51,700 bases of DNA from Armatimonadota bacterium. GTDB lineage: Bacteria; Armatimonadota; UBA10988. Each line of letters begins with the position of its first letter. The first letter of the stretch is position 1. The notes beneath the pieces are model-generated. The model saw nothing but the letters and a program-made list of their open reading frames with translations, searched no databases and was not told the DNA's origin. A program made the position numbers and the translations under genes. Positions 38,378 to 49,033 of the stretch are shown here, piece by piece. The stretch spans positions 1 to 51,700 of the forward strand of contig JACRKZ010000072.1 of assembly GCA_016235455.1 (NCBI GenBank), given 5' to 3'.

Positions 38378-40225
38378 ATGTCGACGTTCCAGCTTCAGCC
38401 CGTACCCAGGCCCGCCTTCGCGCTGGCCGACGTCAAAGAGCCCCAGCTCTGCCGCGAGCAGTTCCCGTACACGCAAGTGCCGCGCATCCTGTTCGACGGC
38501 ACACTGCTCGCCCCGCAGCCGCCGGCGGACATCTGGATCACCGACACCAGCTTCCGTGACGGCCAACAGGCGCGCCCGCCCTACCGGCCAGAGCAGATCG
38601 TCGATCTGTACACACTGCTGCACCGCCTGGGCGGACCGCAGGGGCTGATCCGGCAGTGCGAGTTCTTTGTCTACAGCAAGCGCGACCGCGAGGCACTCGA
38701 AGGCTGCCAGGCGCTGGGCTATGAGTTCCCCCAGATCACCGGCTGGATCCGTGCCAACGCCGAGGACTTCAAGCTGGTCAAGGCGCTGGGTCTGCGCGAG
38801 ACCGGCATCCTCACCTCGGTCTCCGACTACCACCTCTTCCTCAAGCTCAAGAAGAGCCGTGCGAAGGCCATGGACGAGTACCTGGGCATCGTGAAGTCCG
38901 CGCTGGACGAGGGCATCGTGCCGCGCTGCCACTTCGAAGACATCACCCGCGCGGACATCTACGGCTTCTGCCTGCCGTTCGCCGAGGAACTGCTGCGCTT
39001 GTCGCAAGAGAGCGGCATCCCCATCAAGGTGCGGCTGTGCGACACGCTGGGCTACGGCGTCTCTTACCAGGGCGCGGCCCTGCCGCGCAGTGTGCCCCGC
39101 CTGGCGCACGCCTTCTGCCGCGAGCTGGGCTTCCCGTCGGAGCGGCTGGAGTGGCACGGCCACAACGACTTCCACCATGTCCACGGCAATGCCGCCTCGG
39201 CCTGGCTGTACGGCATCTCGGCGCTTAACGCCTCGCTGCTCGGCTTCGGCGAGCGCTGCGGCAACCCGCCGCTGGAGGCCGCCGTCATCGAGTATCTGCA
39301 GCTCACCGGCAACAGCGAGGGCATCGACACGCGGGTCATCACCGAGATCGCCGACTACCTGCGCGCCAACGTCCATGCCGAGATCGCCAGCAACTACCCG
39401 TTCGTCGGCTCGGAGTTCAACACCACGCGCGCCGGCATCCACGCCGACGGCATCCTCAAGAACCCCGAGATCTACAACATCTTCGACACCGGCCTGATCC
39501 TCGGTCGGCCGTTGGTCGTCGGCGTCACCGATAAGTCGGGTATGGCCGGCATCGCCCACTGGCTCAACGAGTACGCCTCGGAGTTCGCCGGCACGCGCGT
39601 CGAGCCGATCAGCAAGCGACACCCCGGCGTCCGCCGCATCTACGACTGGATCATGGACCAGTATGCCCAGGGCCGCACCACGTCCATCTCACCCGCCGAA
39701 ATGATCGCCCAGACCAAGCGCCATCTGCCCGAGGTCATCGAGAGCGACTTCCAGCGCACCAAGCAGGACGTCATGTCCAAGGCCCGCCTGCTGGCCGACC
39801 GCATCGCCAAGAGCGCCGAGGCCCAGACGATGGCGGCGGAGCACATCCGCCCGTTGCTCAAACAGGTGGTGCGCTCCGAAGCCACCGTCCAGTTCGTGGT
39901 GGTGGTTGACCTGGACGGCAACCGCGTCTCGCACTACCAGACCCAGCCCGACGACGCCAGCCGCTATCGGCCCCTGCTGGCCGAGAACTTCGCCAGTCAC
40001 GACTGGTTCGCCAGCGTCAAATCCAGCGGCGAGCCGTTCATCTCCGACCTCTACGTCTCCAAGTTCACCGGCGAGATGACCATGACCATCGCGCACCCGG
40101 TCCACAACCTGGCGGGTGAGGTGGTTGGCATTATCGATGTGGACTTCGATTTCGCCGAGCTGACCAAGCTGCTATCGTTCCTGCCCGAGGACATCCTGGC
40201 GGCCGAATCACCCTATCGTGTGTGA
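38378..40225 (+). CDS. DRE-TIM metallolyase, Re-citrate synthase-like, with C-terminal Cache/PDC-like domain
   Basis: ITDTSFRDGQQARPPY, RCHFEDITRAD, RLCDTLG, EWHGHNDF, GERCGN and TRAGIHADG; tail DWF...ISDLYVSKFTG...TIAHPV....GEVVGIIDVD. Confidence 0.82.
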   Translation: MSTFQLQPVPRPAFALADVKEPQLCREQFPYTQVPRILFDGTLLAPQPPADIWITDTSFRDGQQARPPYRPEQIVDLYTLLHRLGGPQGLIRQCEFFVYSKRDREALEGCQALGYEFPQITGWIRANAEDFKLVKALGLRETGILTSVSDYHLFLKLKKSRAKAMDEYLGIVKSALDEGIVPRCHFEDITRADIYGFCLPFAEELLRLSQESGIPIKVRLCDTLGYGVSYQGAALPRSVPRLAHAFCRELGFPSERLEWHGHNDFHHVHGNAASAWLYGISALNASLLGFGERCGNPPLEAAVIEYLQLTGNSEGIDTRVITEIADYLRANVHAEIASNYPFVGSEFNTTRAGIHADGILKNPEIYNIFDTGLILGRPLVVGVTDKSGMAGIAHWLNEYASEFAGTRVEPISKRHPGVRRIYDWIMDQYAQGRTTSISPAEMIAQTKRHLPEVIESDFQRTKQDVMSKARLLADRIAKSAEAQTMAAEHIRPLLKQVVRSEATVQFVVVVDLDGNRVSHYQTQPDDASRYRPLLAENFASHDWFASVKSSGEPFISDLYVSKFTGEMTMTIAHPVHNLAGEVVGIIDVDFDFAELTKLLSFLPEDILAAESPYRV

Positions 40226-40315
40226 ACCCGACGCGCCGCGGATCCGGGCGCAGTATGAATGGGTCGGATGACCGGCAGGCCGTCTGCCGACGGCCCGAAA
40301 GGACAACGGTAGCTT

Positions 40316-41437
40316 ATGTTTGGCCGCAAGGGACTGACCGAGAACCAGGTGCGCGAGGCGCTCAAGGCGATCATCGATCCTGATCTGCACCGCGACATCG
40401 TCTCGCTGGGGTTCGTCAAGCAGATCGCGCTCGACGGCACCAAGATCGCGGTGACCATCGAGTTGACCACGCCCGCCTGTCCGATGAAGGACCGCATGAG
40501 GCGTCAAGCGGAGGAGATCCTCGCCGGCCTGCCCGGCATCGAGACCGTTGAGGTGACCATGACCGCGCAAGTGCGCCGCGGTCCCACCGGCGGCGCCAAC
40601 GTCCCCGGCCAGCCGCAGGTCGACCCGATTCCCGGCGTGGCCAACACCATCGCCGTCACCAGCGGCAAGGGTGGCGTGGGCAAGTCCACCGTGGCCGTCA
40701 ACCTGGCCGTCGCGCTGCGCCTGTCGGGCGCCCGCGTCGGCCTGCTCGATGCCGACGTCTATGGCCCGTCCATCCCCACCATGTTTGGCGTGCCGGCCGA
40801 AGAGAAGCCCCACACCACCGCGGGCGACCTGATCTCGCCCGTCGAGCGCGACGGGCTCAAGCTCATGTCCATCGGCTTCCTCGTCGACCGCGATGCCGCA
40901 ATGATCATGCGCGGACCGATGCTCTCCAAGTACGTGCAGGAAGCCCTGGCGCGCGTCGACTGGGGCGAGCTCGACTACCTGGTCATCGACATGCCGCCTG
41001 GGACGGGCGATGTGCAGCTCACGCTGTCGCAGACCATTCCGCTGACGGGTGCCGTCGTGGTGACCACGCCCCAGCGCGTGGCGCTGGCCGATGTGCGCCG
41101 CGCGGTGACCATGTGCCAGAAGCTGAATGTGACCGTGCTCGGCCTGGTGGAGAACATGAGCGACCCCATTGGCCCGGACGGCCAGCCGATCCCCATGTTT
41201 GGGCGAGGCGGCGGCCAGGCTGCCGCGGCTGAGTGGGGCCTGCCCTTCCTGGGCACCGTGCCACTCGACGGGCTGGTGCCAGCCTCCGGCGACAGCGGCC
41301 AGCCCATCGTGGCCGCGCAGCCCGGCTCGCCAGCAGCGTTGGCCTGCACGGCCATCGCCGGCGCGATCGCGGCGCGCGTCTCCACGCTCGCCATGGGCGA
41401 GGCCGCACCGCAGCCGCAGGTGCGCATGCTGGACTAG
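40316..41437 (+). CDS. mrp: Mrp/NBP35 (ApbC) P-loop ATPase with N-terminal DUF59 domain
   Basis: IIDPDL..DIVSLG, LTTPACP, SGKGGVGKS, DADVYGPS, DMPPGTGD, VTTPQ and VENMS. Confidence 0.93.
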   Translation: MFGRKGLTENQVREALKAIIDPDLHRDIVSLGFVKQIALDGTKIAVTIELTTPACPMKDRMRRQAEEILAGLPGIETVEVTMTAQVRRGPTGGANVPGQPQVDPIPGVANTIAVTSGKGGVGKSTVAVNLAVALRLSGARVGLLDADVYGPSIPTMFGVPAEEKPHTTAGDLISPVERDGLKLMSIGFLVDRDAAMIMRGPMLSKYVQEALARVDWGELDYLVIDMPPGTGDVQLTLSQTIPLTGAVVVTTPQRVALADVRRAVTMCQKLNVTVLGLVENMSDPIGPDGQPIPMFGRGGGQAAAAEWGLPFLGTVPLDGLVPASGDSGQPIVAAQPGSPAALACTAIAGAIAARVSTLAMGEAAPQPQVRMLD

Positions 41438-41964
41438 GCTTGCTCGTCGCTGGTCAGGCGGCGCATGAGGATGCGGTACTCAGCAAACCCCATGCGCCGC
41501 CAGAAGGCCCGGCCAGCATCGTTGTGGGCCATCACGCCCAGGTTGACATCGGCCACGCCCCGCGAGCGGAACCAGGCCATGGCCGCCCCCACCAGCGCCG
41601 AACCCACGCCCCCGCGGCGATGCGTCTCGGCCACGTACAGGTCGACCAACGTCGCGCTGCCCGTCGCTTTGGGCGGTCTCCGACGGCTCGGCAGCCACGA
41701 CGGCCCGCTCGGCCGAGTCGCTTCTGAATGTAACCTCAAACTGACAAAGCCCACAGCCGCGCCGCCGCCTTCGCGTGCCAGGAGCACATGGGCAAGAGGA
41801 TCGCGCAAGAGCTCCTGGTACACGCCTTCGTAGTTTCGGGGCGGCAAAGGGCGGTATCTGGGGTCAAAAGGCACATGGAACAGCAGATGCTCGTGGTGCA
41901 GCCGTGCCAAGTCGCGAACGTCGGAATCATCGGCCACCGCAACATGGATGTTAACAGCGCCCAC
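41434..41964 (-). CDS. GNAT-family N-acetyltransferase
   Basis: LVDLYVAETHRRGGVGSAL...LGVMAHN..GRAFWRRMGF. Start uncertain (GTG 41964 after AAGGAG, or 42003). Confidence 0.87.
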   Translation of the reverse strand: MGAVNIHVAVADDSDVRDLARLHHEHLLFHVPFDPRYRPLPPRNYEGVYQELLRDPLAHVLLAREGGGAAVGFVSLRLHSEATRPSGPSWLPSRRRPPKATGSATLVDLYVAETHRRGGVGSALVGAAMAWFRSRGVADVNLGVMAHNDAGRAFWRRMGFAEYRILMRRLTSDEQA

Positions 41965-42087
41965 TGTGCCGCTCCTTGACACTACTCTCTTCGGGCCAGA
42001 CACTGCAGATAGGCCGGTGCCCGGATAGCTCTGACAGATGCTCTGGTCAAGCGTTGCAGCGACCGGCCAGACGCAAGGTAGGCTGCG

Positions 42088-42972
42088 ATGTCAACGGTAG
42101 AAGCACGAGACGTCATTCTCCGTGAAGCCGCGCGTTGTCACCCGCGGTTCGCGGCTGAGGCGATGGCTGACGCGCCCGACCTGCTCCGCCTGTGCACCCT
42201 CGCGGCCGAAGGCCTGGCGCCCGTCGACCTCGATGGCGCGGACCGGCAGATCGGCTTTCTGGCGTATCTGGTGGGCCAGGCGTGCGAGGCCGATACGGCG
42301 CCGGCGCGGGTCGCCGCGCTGCGCCGCGTGCTGGCCGAAGAGGAAGGCTTCGCCGGGCCCATCGGCGATATCGATGGCGAGGTGGATGACCCGCGCCACC
42401 TGCTGTTGCCCCACGTGGTCGCCGACCGGCGCGGCTTGCCCATCGCGCTGGCGACTGTCTACCTGGCCGTGGCCCAACGCCTGGGCTGGCCCATCGAGGG
42501 TCTGGACTTCCCCACCCACTTTCTGCTGCGCGACACGGGCGCCGAGGGCATCCTCATCCTTGACCCGTGCAACCCTGGCGTCTCGCTCGACCGCGAGGAC
42601 TGTCGGCAGCTGCTGCGCCCGGCCTTCGGCCGCCTGCCCGAGGCCGCCTTCGACCGCTTCTGCGACATGCGGCTGGCCGCCGTCGTCACACCGCGCATCA
42701 TCGCCGCGCGCATGCTCAAGCAGCTCGAGGGCAGCTACCTGCGCCGCGAGATGTACGACGAAGTGCGCCTGACCATCCAGAAGCTGCTGCTGCTCGACCA
42801 GGCCGCCATCGCCGAGATGCGCGACCTGGGCGAGATCCACCACATGCTCGGCGAGCACCGGCAAGCGCTGACCTGCCTGCGGCTGTACCTGGACGAGGCG
42901 CCCTACGCGGCCGACCGCGTTCTGGTGCAGCGGGTGGTGCGGCAGATCGAGCAGCAAGTCAGCGGCGCCTGA
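42088..42972 (+). CDS. SirB1-family (transglutaminase-like core + TPR) protein
   Basis: RRGLPIALA..YL.VA.RLG...GLDFPTHFLLR...ILDP; C-terminal TPR (EMRDLG...YLDEAP). Confidence 0.85.
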   Translation: MSTVEARDVILREAARCHPRFAAEAMADAPDLLRLCTLAAEGLAPVDLDGADRQIGFLAYLVGQACEADTAPARVAALRRVLAEEEGFAGPIGDIDGEVDDPRHLLLPHVVADRRGLPIALATVYLAVAQRLGWPIEGLDFPTHFLLRDTGAEGILILDPCNPGVSLDREDCRQLLRPAFGRLPEAAFDRFCDMRLAAVVTPRIIAARMLKQLEGSYLRREMYDEVRLTIQKLLLLDQAAIAEMRDLGEIHHMLGEHRQALTCLRLYLDEAPYAADRVLVQRVVRQIEQQVSGA

Positions 42973-43010
42973 GCCAGCCGTGGTAGCATGAGGTCAGCGA
43001 GGCGGCTCCC

Positions 43011-44039
<1,029 letters not shown>

Positions 44040-44096
44040 CGTCGGGGACGCGTTACAATCACTGTAGGTCGAGACACTCAGACCACGAGGTGTGAG

Positions 44097-45284
44097 ATGG
44101 GCAGGTTCAATCGACGCGATCTTTTCGCGGGCTTGGTGATCGTCTTCCTGGTGGGCGTGCTGGCAGGCAAGCAGTGGTCCGATACGCGCCGGTCGTCGAC
44201 CGCCGCGGCCGTGCGCGAAGGCCAGAACGTCGCGCCGCCGACAGCCAAGGGCGATGCATCCGAACTGCGCCGCTCCAGCGACACGTTCGCGCGCATCGCC
44301 GAATCCGCCACGCCGGCGGTGGTGAACATCAACTCCACGCGCATCACCCGGGGCCGCAAGCTGCGCGACCCGTACATGCAGTGGTTCTTTGGCGACCAAC
44401 AGCAGCAGGATCGCACCTCGCAGAGCCTGGGCTCGGGCGTGATCGTCGACCCGGACGGCATCGTGGTCACCAACAACCATAACATCGCCGCCTCCGGCGC
44501 TGACCAGGTGGAAGTGCAGGTCTCGCTGGCCAACGGCAGGGATTTCCCGGCCAAGGTCATCGGCGCCGACCCCGACTCCGATATCGCCGTGCTCAAGATC
44601 GATGCCAAGAACCTGCCGTTCGTGGCCTGGGGGCAGTCCACTCAACTGCGCGTCGGCGACTGGGTGGTGGCCATCGGCAACCCCTACGGACTGAGCCAGA
44701 CCGTCACTGCCGGCATCGTCTCGGCCAAGGGCCGGCGCGACCTCGGCGTCAGCCAGTTTGAGGAGTTCATCCAGACCGACGCCGCCATCAACCCCGGCAA
44801 CTCGGGCGGCGCGCTGCTCGATGTCGACGGCCGGCTGGTCGGCATCAACACCGCCATCTTCACCGAGTCCGGCGGCTACCAGGGCCTCGGCTTCGCCATT
44901 CCGGCCGAGGTGGCCCAGGCCAACGCCGAGCAGATCCTGCGCACGGGCAAGGTGGTCCGGGGCTGGATCGGCGTGGTCAGCCGCCAACTCACGCGCAACA
45001 TCGCCACCCAACTCGGCCTGGCCACCACCGAGGGCGCGCTGCTGATTCAGTTCTACCAGAACCAACCCGCCGCTGGCGCCGGCCTGCAGCGCGGCGACGT
45101 GGTCACCGCGGTCGAAGGCAAGCCGGTCAAGACGCCCGGCGACCTGCGCACCCTCATCGCCGCGACCAAGCCCGGCACCGAGATCAAGCTCAGCATCGTG
45201 CGCGGCGGCCAGACCACCAGCCTCAAGCTGCGCACGGTCCAGCGCCCGGTCTCGCCCGACGGCGAGCCCTTGCCCGGCACCTAG
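44097..45284 (+). CDS. HtrA/DegQ-family serine protease with one PDZ domain
   Basis: N-terminal anchor, SLGSGVI, TNNHN, DIAVLKI, IQTDAAINPGNSGG and a single PDZ. Confidence 0.94.
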   Translation: MGRFNRRDLFAGLVIVFLVGVLAGKQWSDTRRSSTAAAVREGQNVAPPTAKGDASELRRSSDTFARIAESATPAVVNINSTRITRGRKLRDPYMQWFFGDQQQQDRTSQSLGSGVIVDPDGIVVTNNHNIAASGADQVEVQVSLANGRDFPAKVIGADPDSDIAVLKIDAKNLPFVAWGQSTQLRVGDWVVAIGNPYGLSQTVTAGIVSAKGRRDLGVSQFEEFIQTDAAINPGNSGGALLDVDGRLVGINTAIFTESGGYQGLGFAIPAEVAQANAEQILRTGKVVRGWIGVVSRQLTRNIATQLGLATTEGALLIQFYQNQPAAGAGLQRGDVVTAVEGKPVKTPGDLRTLIAATKPGTEIKLSIVRGGQTTSLKLRTVQRPVSPDGEPLPGT

Positions 45285-45299
45285 AGCCACGGAGGACCC

Positions 45300-45728
45300 A
45301 TGGAGACCGAGACCACGCCAACCAACGCCCTGCCGCCCACCGAGGCGCCCGGCGAGCTGTGGCTGCTGACGGCCGACGGTTGGGCCAAGCTGGGCGACGC
45401 CGCTGTAATGCAAGCCCGCTGGACCAACGCGCTGGAGCTCAAGGGCGCCCTGGCCATCCCCGATGGCCTGCAGAACCGTTGGGTGTGGCTGGCCCACGAG
45501 GGACACATCTACCGAGCCACCTACCTGTCACACGTGGGCAACAACGGGGTGACCGAGGTCAGCCTGAAGATCGACGCCACGCTGACGCCCCAGCAGTACG
45601 CGCAGTTGCCCGCCACGATGGCCACCGACAGCTGCCCCACCGCCGACCAGTTGCGCCGGCAACGGTTCGGCGGCGAGTACCACAGCTATCGGCGCATGTT
45701 TGCCGAGCATGGCGTGCGGTTGGTCTAG
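45300..45728 (+). CDS. Hypothetical protein
   Basis: GGAGG RBS, GC3-biased frame, fills the gap after htrA; no motif recognised. Confidence 0.7.
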   Translation: METETTPTNALPPTEAPGELWLLTADGWAKLGDAAVMQARWTNALELKGALAIPDGLQNRWVWLAHEGHIYRATYLSHVGNNGVTEVSLKIDATLTPQQYAQLPATMATDSCPTADQLRRQRFGGEYHSYRRMFAEHGVRLV

Positions 45729-45735
45729 GCGCGGG

Positions 45736-48700
45736 CTACGGCGCCGCGCCGACTGAGAGCCGTAGAACCAGATTCTGCTGCCCGACGGTCACGCGCCGCC
45801 GGTCGTACTGCGCGGAGCAGCCCGACCACACCTCGTATTCGCCGGGCGGCACGCCGTCGAGCGTGAAGCTGCGGTCCGCGCGCACCGCGGCGCAGGCGTA
45901 GACCTGATCGTTCTCCAGGATCACATGGTCCAGATGGAGCGCGCCGCTCACCGTGCCGATGACAGTCACGCCTTCGTGCAGCGCAACCGCGATCCGACGC
46001 TGGTCGCCGGCGAGCAGCCGGACGGGCAGCCGGGGCCCAGCGCGGCCGGGGCAGTCGGCTGTCAGCACATACTCGCCCGGCGGGAGGCAGGGCCAGTCGA
46101 TGACACGGTCGCCCGAGACCCGCCCGAACGCCACCGGCTCGCCCGTGCGCGCGGAGTTGAGCATCACGCCGCGCGGCTCGGCCCCTTCGTTGGCCGGAGG
46201 GACCCCGGTCAGCGCCACGGTCAGACCGGCGCGCGCCGCGGGCACGGTCCAGCGTAGCTCGGCGCCCTGCTCGCCCACCGTGCCGGCCCGCATCTCCCAC
46301 AGCGCATAGTCGGTGTCCTCGGGATCGTCGCCCAGATGCCGCATCAGCAGCCAGGCCCGGCGCGGCCCCATCGGTGATAGCGACTGGCAGCGGTCCACAC
46401 CGATGGTCAGCGGCGCAACCATGGCCTCAAGGGCCTCGGGCACGAAGCGGCGAAGCACCGGCGGCCGGAGCCCAAACCCGCCAAACGGAGGCTGATAGGG
46501 GGCCATCACATAGGCCTCGGCCCACCAGTCCGGTGGCATGCCGGTCAGTCTGGTGTCGACGACCCGGCGGTCCAGCGTGAGCGCCGCGTTGGCTGTGCGG
46601 CCTGCTTCGACCACGACTGCGGCCGTATGCTCCGGCATGCCCGGCGGCGTGACGGACACCAGGTACTCGCCAGACGGCACCTCGACGAAGCGGGCCGTGC
46701 CGGTCTTGTCGGTCGTCGCCGTCTCGCCCGGCGGCACCCCCTCGCCGAACAGGTGCAGGTAGAGGTCGGGCTTAGGCCTGCCGGCTGAGTCCACCACCCG
46801 CACCACCACCGTGCCCGATCGGGCCGGACCCAGGTCGATGGCCACGGGCTTGGACAGCGGCAACTCCACCGTCAGCTCCGCTGGCTGACAGCCGGCCGCC
46901 GTGGCCACCACGCGGACCGGTCCGGGCGGCAGGCCGTAGGCGGCAAACCAGCCGTTGGTGAGGGCGGACAGGCGGCTCGTGATCGCGGGCGTGTCCAGGG
47001 GCGGCACGAGTGGCTGTAGCTGGAGGTAGATAGACGGGATGTCGCGGTAGGTGCGCACCTGACCGGCCAGCACCGTGCCCGGCCTGAGCCGGATGGTGAT
47101 CTCTGCCTTGCGGCGCGGATCGGCTGTCGTTTCGCGTGAGGCGCAGCCGTTGGCGTAGACGGCCAGCGTGAGCGGACGGTCGTCCAGGACGTCCAGACTG
47201 AACCGGCCGTCAGCGCCGGTCCAAGCGGTGAGTTCGCGGCCCGAGCGCACCTGGGTGACCCAGGCCTGCGCAACGGGTTCGCCGTCAGGACCCAGCACCC
47301 GCCCCGACACCGTGACCAACGCCGGCAGCGTTGCATCGACTCGCGTAGGGAGCGCGGTCGCCAGGGCCACCTCGACGGCTCCGGCGGACCTCCCCGCGGT
47401 CTTCAGCGTGACGATCGCCGGCCCAGTCAGCATGTCCGGTTCGGCCACACGGTACCCGCCCTGGTCGTCGGTCAAGACGCAGTAGCCACAGGCCGCGGGC
47501 CAAGCGAGCACGGGCCGAGGATCCCTTGGGTCCACACTACAGATGACCGCGCGGTTGCGCCAGGGCTGACCATCCGGCCCGGTCACGCGGCCACTCAGCA
47601 CGTCCGCGCGCGCCGACAGTACCACGTCGACAGCACGGGTGGGCGCCGGCGAACGGACCTCCTGGGGCACGTAGCCACGACGGTAGAAGACAGCGTGCCA
47701 CATGCCGCCGTCCAGATCACCGACGCGGTAGCGGCCTTGCGCATCGGTCACCGCGTAGTGGACGGTCGCGGTGAGCCAGCCCGCCAGGCGCGTATCGGGC
47801 AAGGGCTCCACCGTCGGGGGCTCGTCGGGCCACGGCATCGCCGGCGCCCGCAGGCTACGCTGGGCGAACCCGCGCGCCAACTCGGGCAGACAGTCGTCGA
47901 CCTCGCCTTGGCGGTGCCACCTTGGCCGACAGACGAGCACGAAGGCGCCCGCCAGCGGTCGCCCCTGCTCGTCATGGACCGTACCAGCCAAGGCGCCGGC
48001 CGGCGTCTTGAGTCGCACCGTCGCCACGCCGGAGCCGGGCATCGCGATCCTCTCGGTGGCACACCAGCCGGCCGCCTTCACGGCCACATAGGCCGCCCGC
48101 CGTACCGCGTCGGGCACGACCACGACGCCATGCTCATCGAGTCGCGCGAACCGTGCCGACGGCTCCCGCGCGTCACTTAGGCCGCGCACCTGAACCCACT
48201 GATCCCGAAGCTCCCGGCCATCAGGGCCGACCACGCGCAGACGGACCGGCGGTATCGTGGGGCCGACCCGACCATCGCGGCGGCGCGCCTTGCCCGGCAG
48301 CCGCAGCACCTGTTCCGGCAACTCTGCACCGGGTTTGACCATGCCGCCCAGGGGACTCTGCACCGGATAGGACGAGAAGACGACCCCCAACATGCCCGCC
48401 GGCAGCTCGAACGAGACCCGTCCCTCGCGGTCGGTGCGCCGCCGCGCGCCGAACGACGGCGCGGGCCAGGCATAGACCGAGTAGGGATCCGGGTACCTCA
48501 TCCGCCAGTCGATCGGCTCGGCGAGACCCAGCCCCCGGGCCTCCACCGCGGTGTCGGCCGCCGGCGACCCATCGCTGTTGACCACCCGCACACGGGCCCG
48601 GGCGACGGGACGACGAGCCCACGGCCAGTCGACACCCAGCCTCAGCTCCTGGGGCACCCCGTCTGGCACCTCGAACAGATGCCGCGTGTCGACCTCGGAC

Positions 48701-48936
48701 CCGGTGATGAACGCCTCGTAGACGCCCGCCGCCAGATCGGCGGCGAACCGGCCGCTCTCATCGGTCAAGGGCGCGGCGGCGGCGATGAACGTGAACGGCA
48801 ACTCCTCGCGCCGCAGCTCAACCGTGGCGCCGACCGCCGGCAGGCCGGCCGTCTGCAGCACCACGCCCGTCACCGGCACCGCTCCGGCCACGCTCGCCGC
48901 CAGCATCCATAGGGCGGCTACCACCGCACCGCGCAT
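45736..48936 (-). CDS. Large secreted protein with multiple carboxypeptidase-regulatory-like (Cna-B/transthyretin-like) repeats
   Basis: Signal peptide MRGAVVAALWMLAASVAGA; repeated G.V....G.P...A.V / TD..G.F/Y / L.PG.Y modules; GGAGG RBS. Confidence 0.85.
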   Translation of the reverse strand: MRGAVVAALWMLAASVAGAVPVTGVVLQTAGLPAVGATVELRREELPFTFIAAAAPLTDESGRFAADLAAGVYEAFITGSEVDTRHLFEVPDGVPQELRLGVDWPWARRPVARARVRVVNSDGSPAADTAVEARGLGLAEPIDWRMRYPDPYSVYAWPAPSFGARRRTDREGRVSFELPAGMLGVVFSSYPVQSPLGGMVKPGAELPEQVLRLPGKARRRDGRVGPTIPPVRLRVVGPDGRELRDQWVQVRGLSDAREPSARFARLDEHGVVVVPDAVRRAAYVAVKAAGWCATERIAMPGSGVATVRLKTPAGALAGTVHDEQGRPLAGAFVLVCRPRWHRQGEVDDCLPELARGFAQRSLRAPAMPWPDEPPTVEPLPDTRLAGWLTATVHYAVTDAQGRYRVGDLDGGMWHAVFYRRGYVPQEVRSPAPTRAVDVVLSARADVLSGRVTGPDGQPWRNRAVICSVDPRDPRPVLAWPAACGYCVLTDDQGGYRVAEPDMLTGPAIVTLKTAGRSAGAVEVALATALPTRVDATLPALVTVSGRVLGPDGEPVAQAWVTQVRSGRELTAWTGADGRFSLDVLDDRPLTLAVYANGCASRETTADPRRKAEITIRLRPGTVLAGQVRTYRDIPSIYLQLQPLVPPLDTPAITSRLSALTNGWFAAYGLPPGPVRVVATAAGCQPAELTVELPLSKPVAIDLGPARSGTVVVRVVDSAGRPKPDLYLHLFGEGVPPGETATTDKTGTARFVEVPSGEYLVSVTPPGMPEHTAAVVVEAGRTANAALTLDRRVVDTRLTGMPPDWWAEAYVMAPYQPPFGGFGLRPPVLRRFVPEALEAMVAPLTIGVDRCQSLSPMGPRRAWLLMRHLGDDPEDTDYALWEMRAGTVGEQGAELRWTVPAARAGLTVALTGVPPANEGAEPRGVMLNSARTGEPVAFGRVSGDRVIDWPCLPPGEYVLTADCPGRAGPRLPVRLLAGDQRRIAVALHEGVTVIGTVSGALHLDHVILENDQVYACAAVRADRSFTLDGVPPGEYEVWSGCSAQYDRRRVTVGQQNLVLRLSVGAAP

Positions 48937-49033
48937 CAATCCCCTCCTGCCCTCCTCACCAGCGTACACCGCGCACGAACGCCGTGCAAACACCTGTTCT
49001 TGCTGCTAGAGTCGGCGCTTTGAGATGGGGGGA

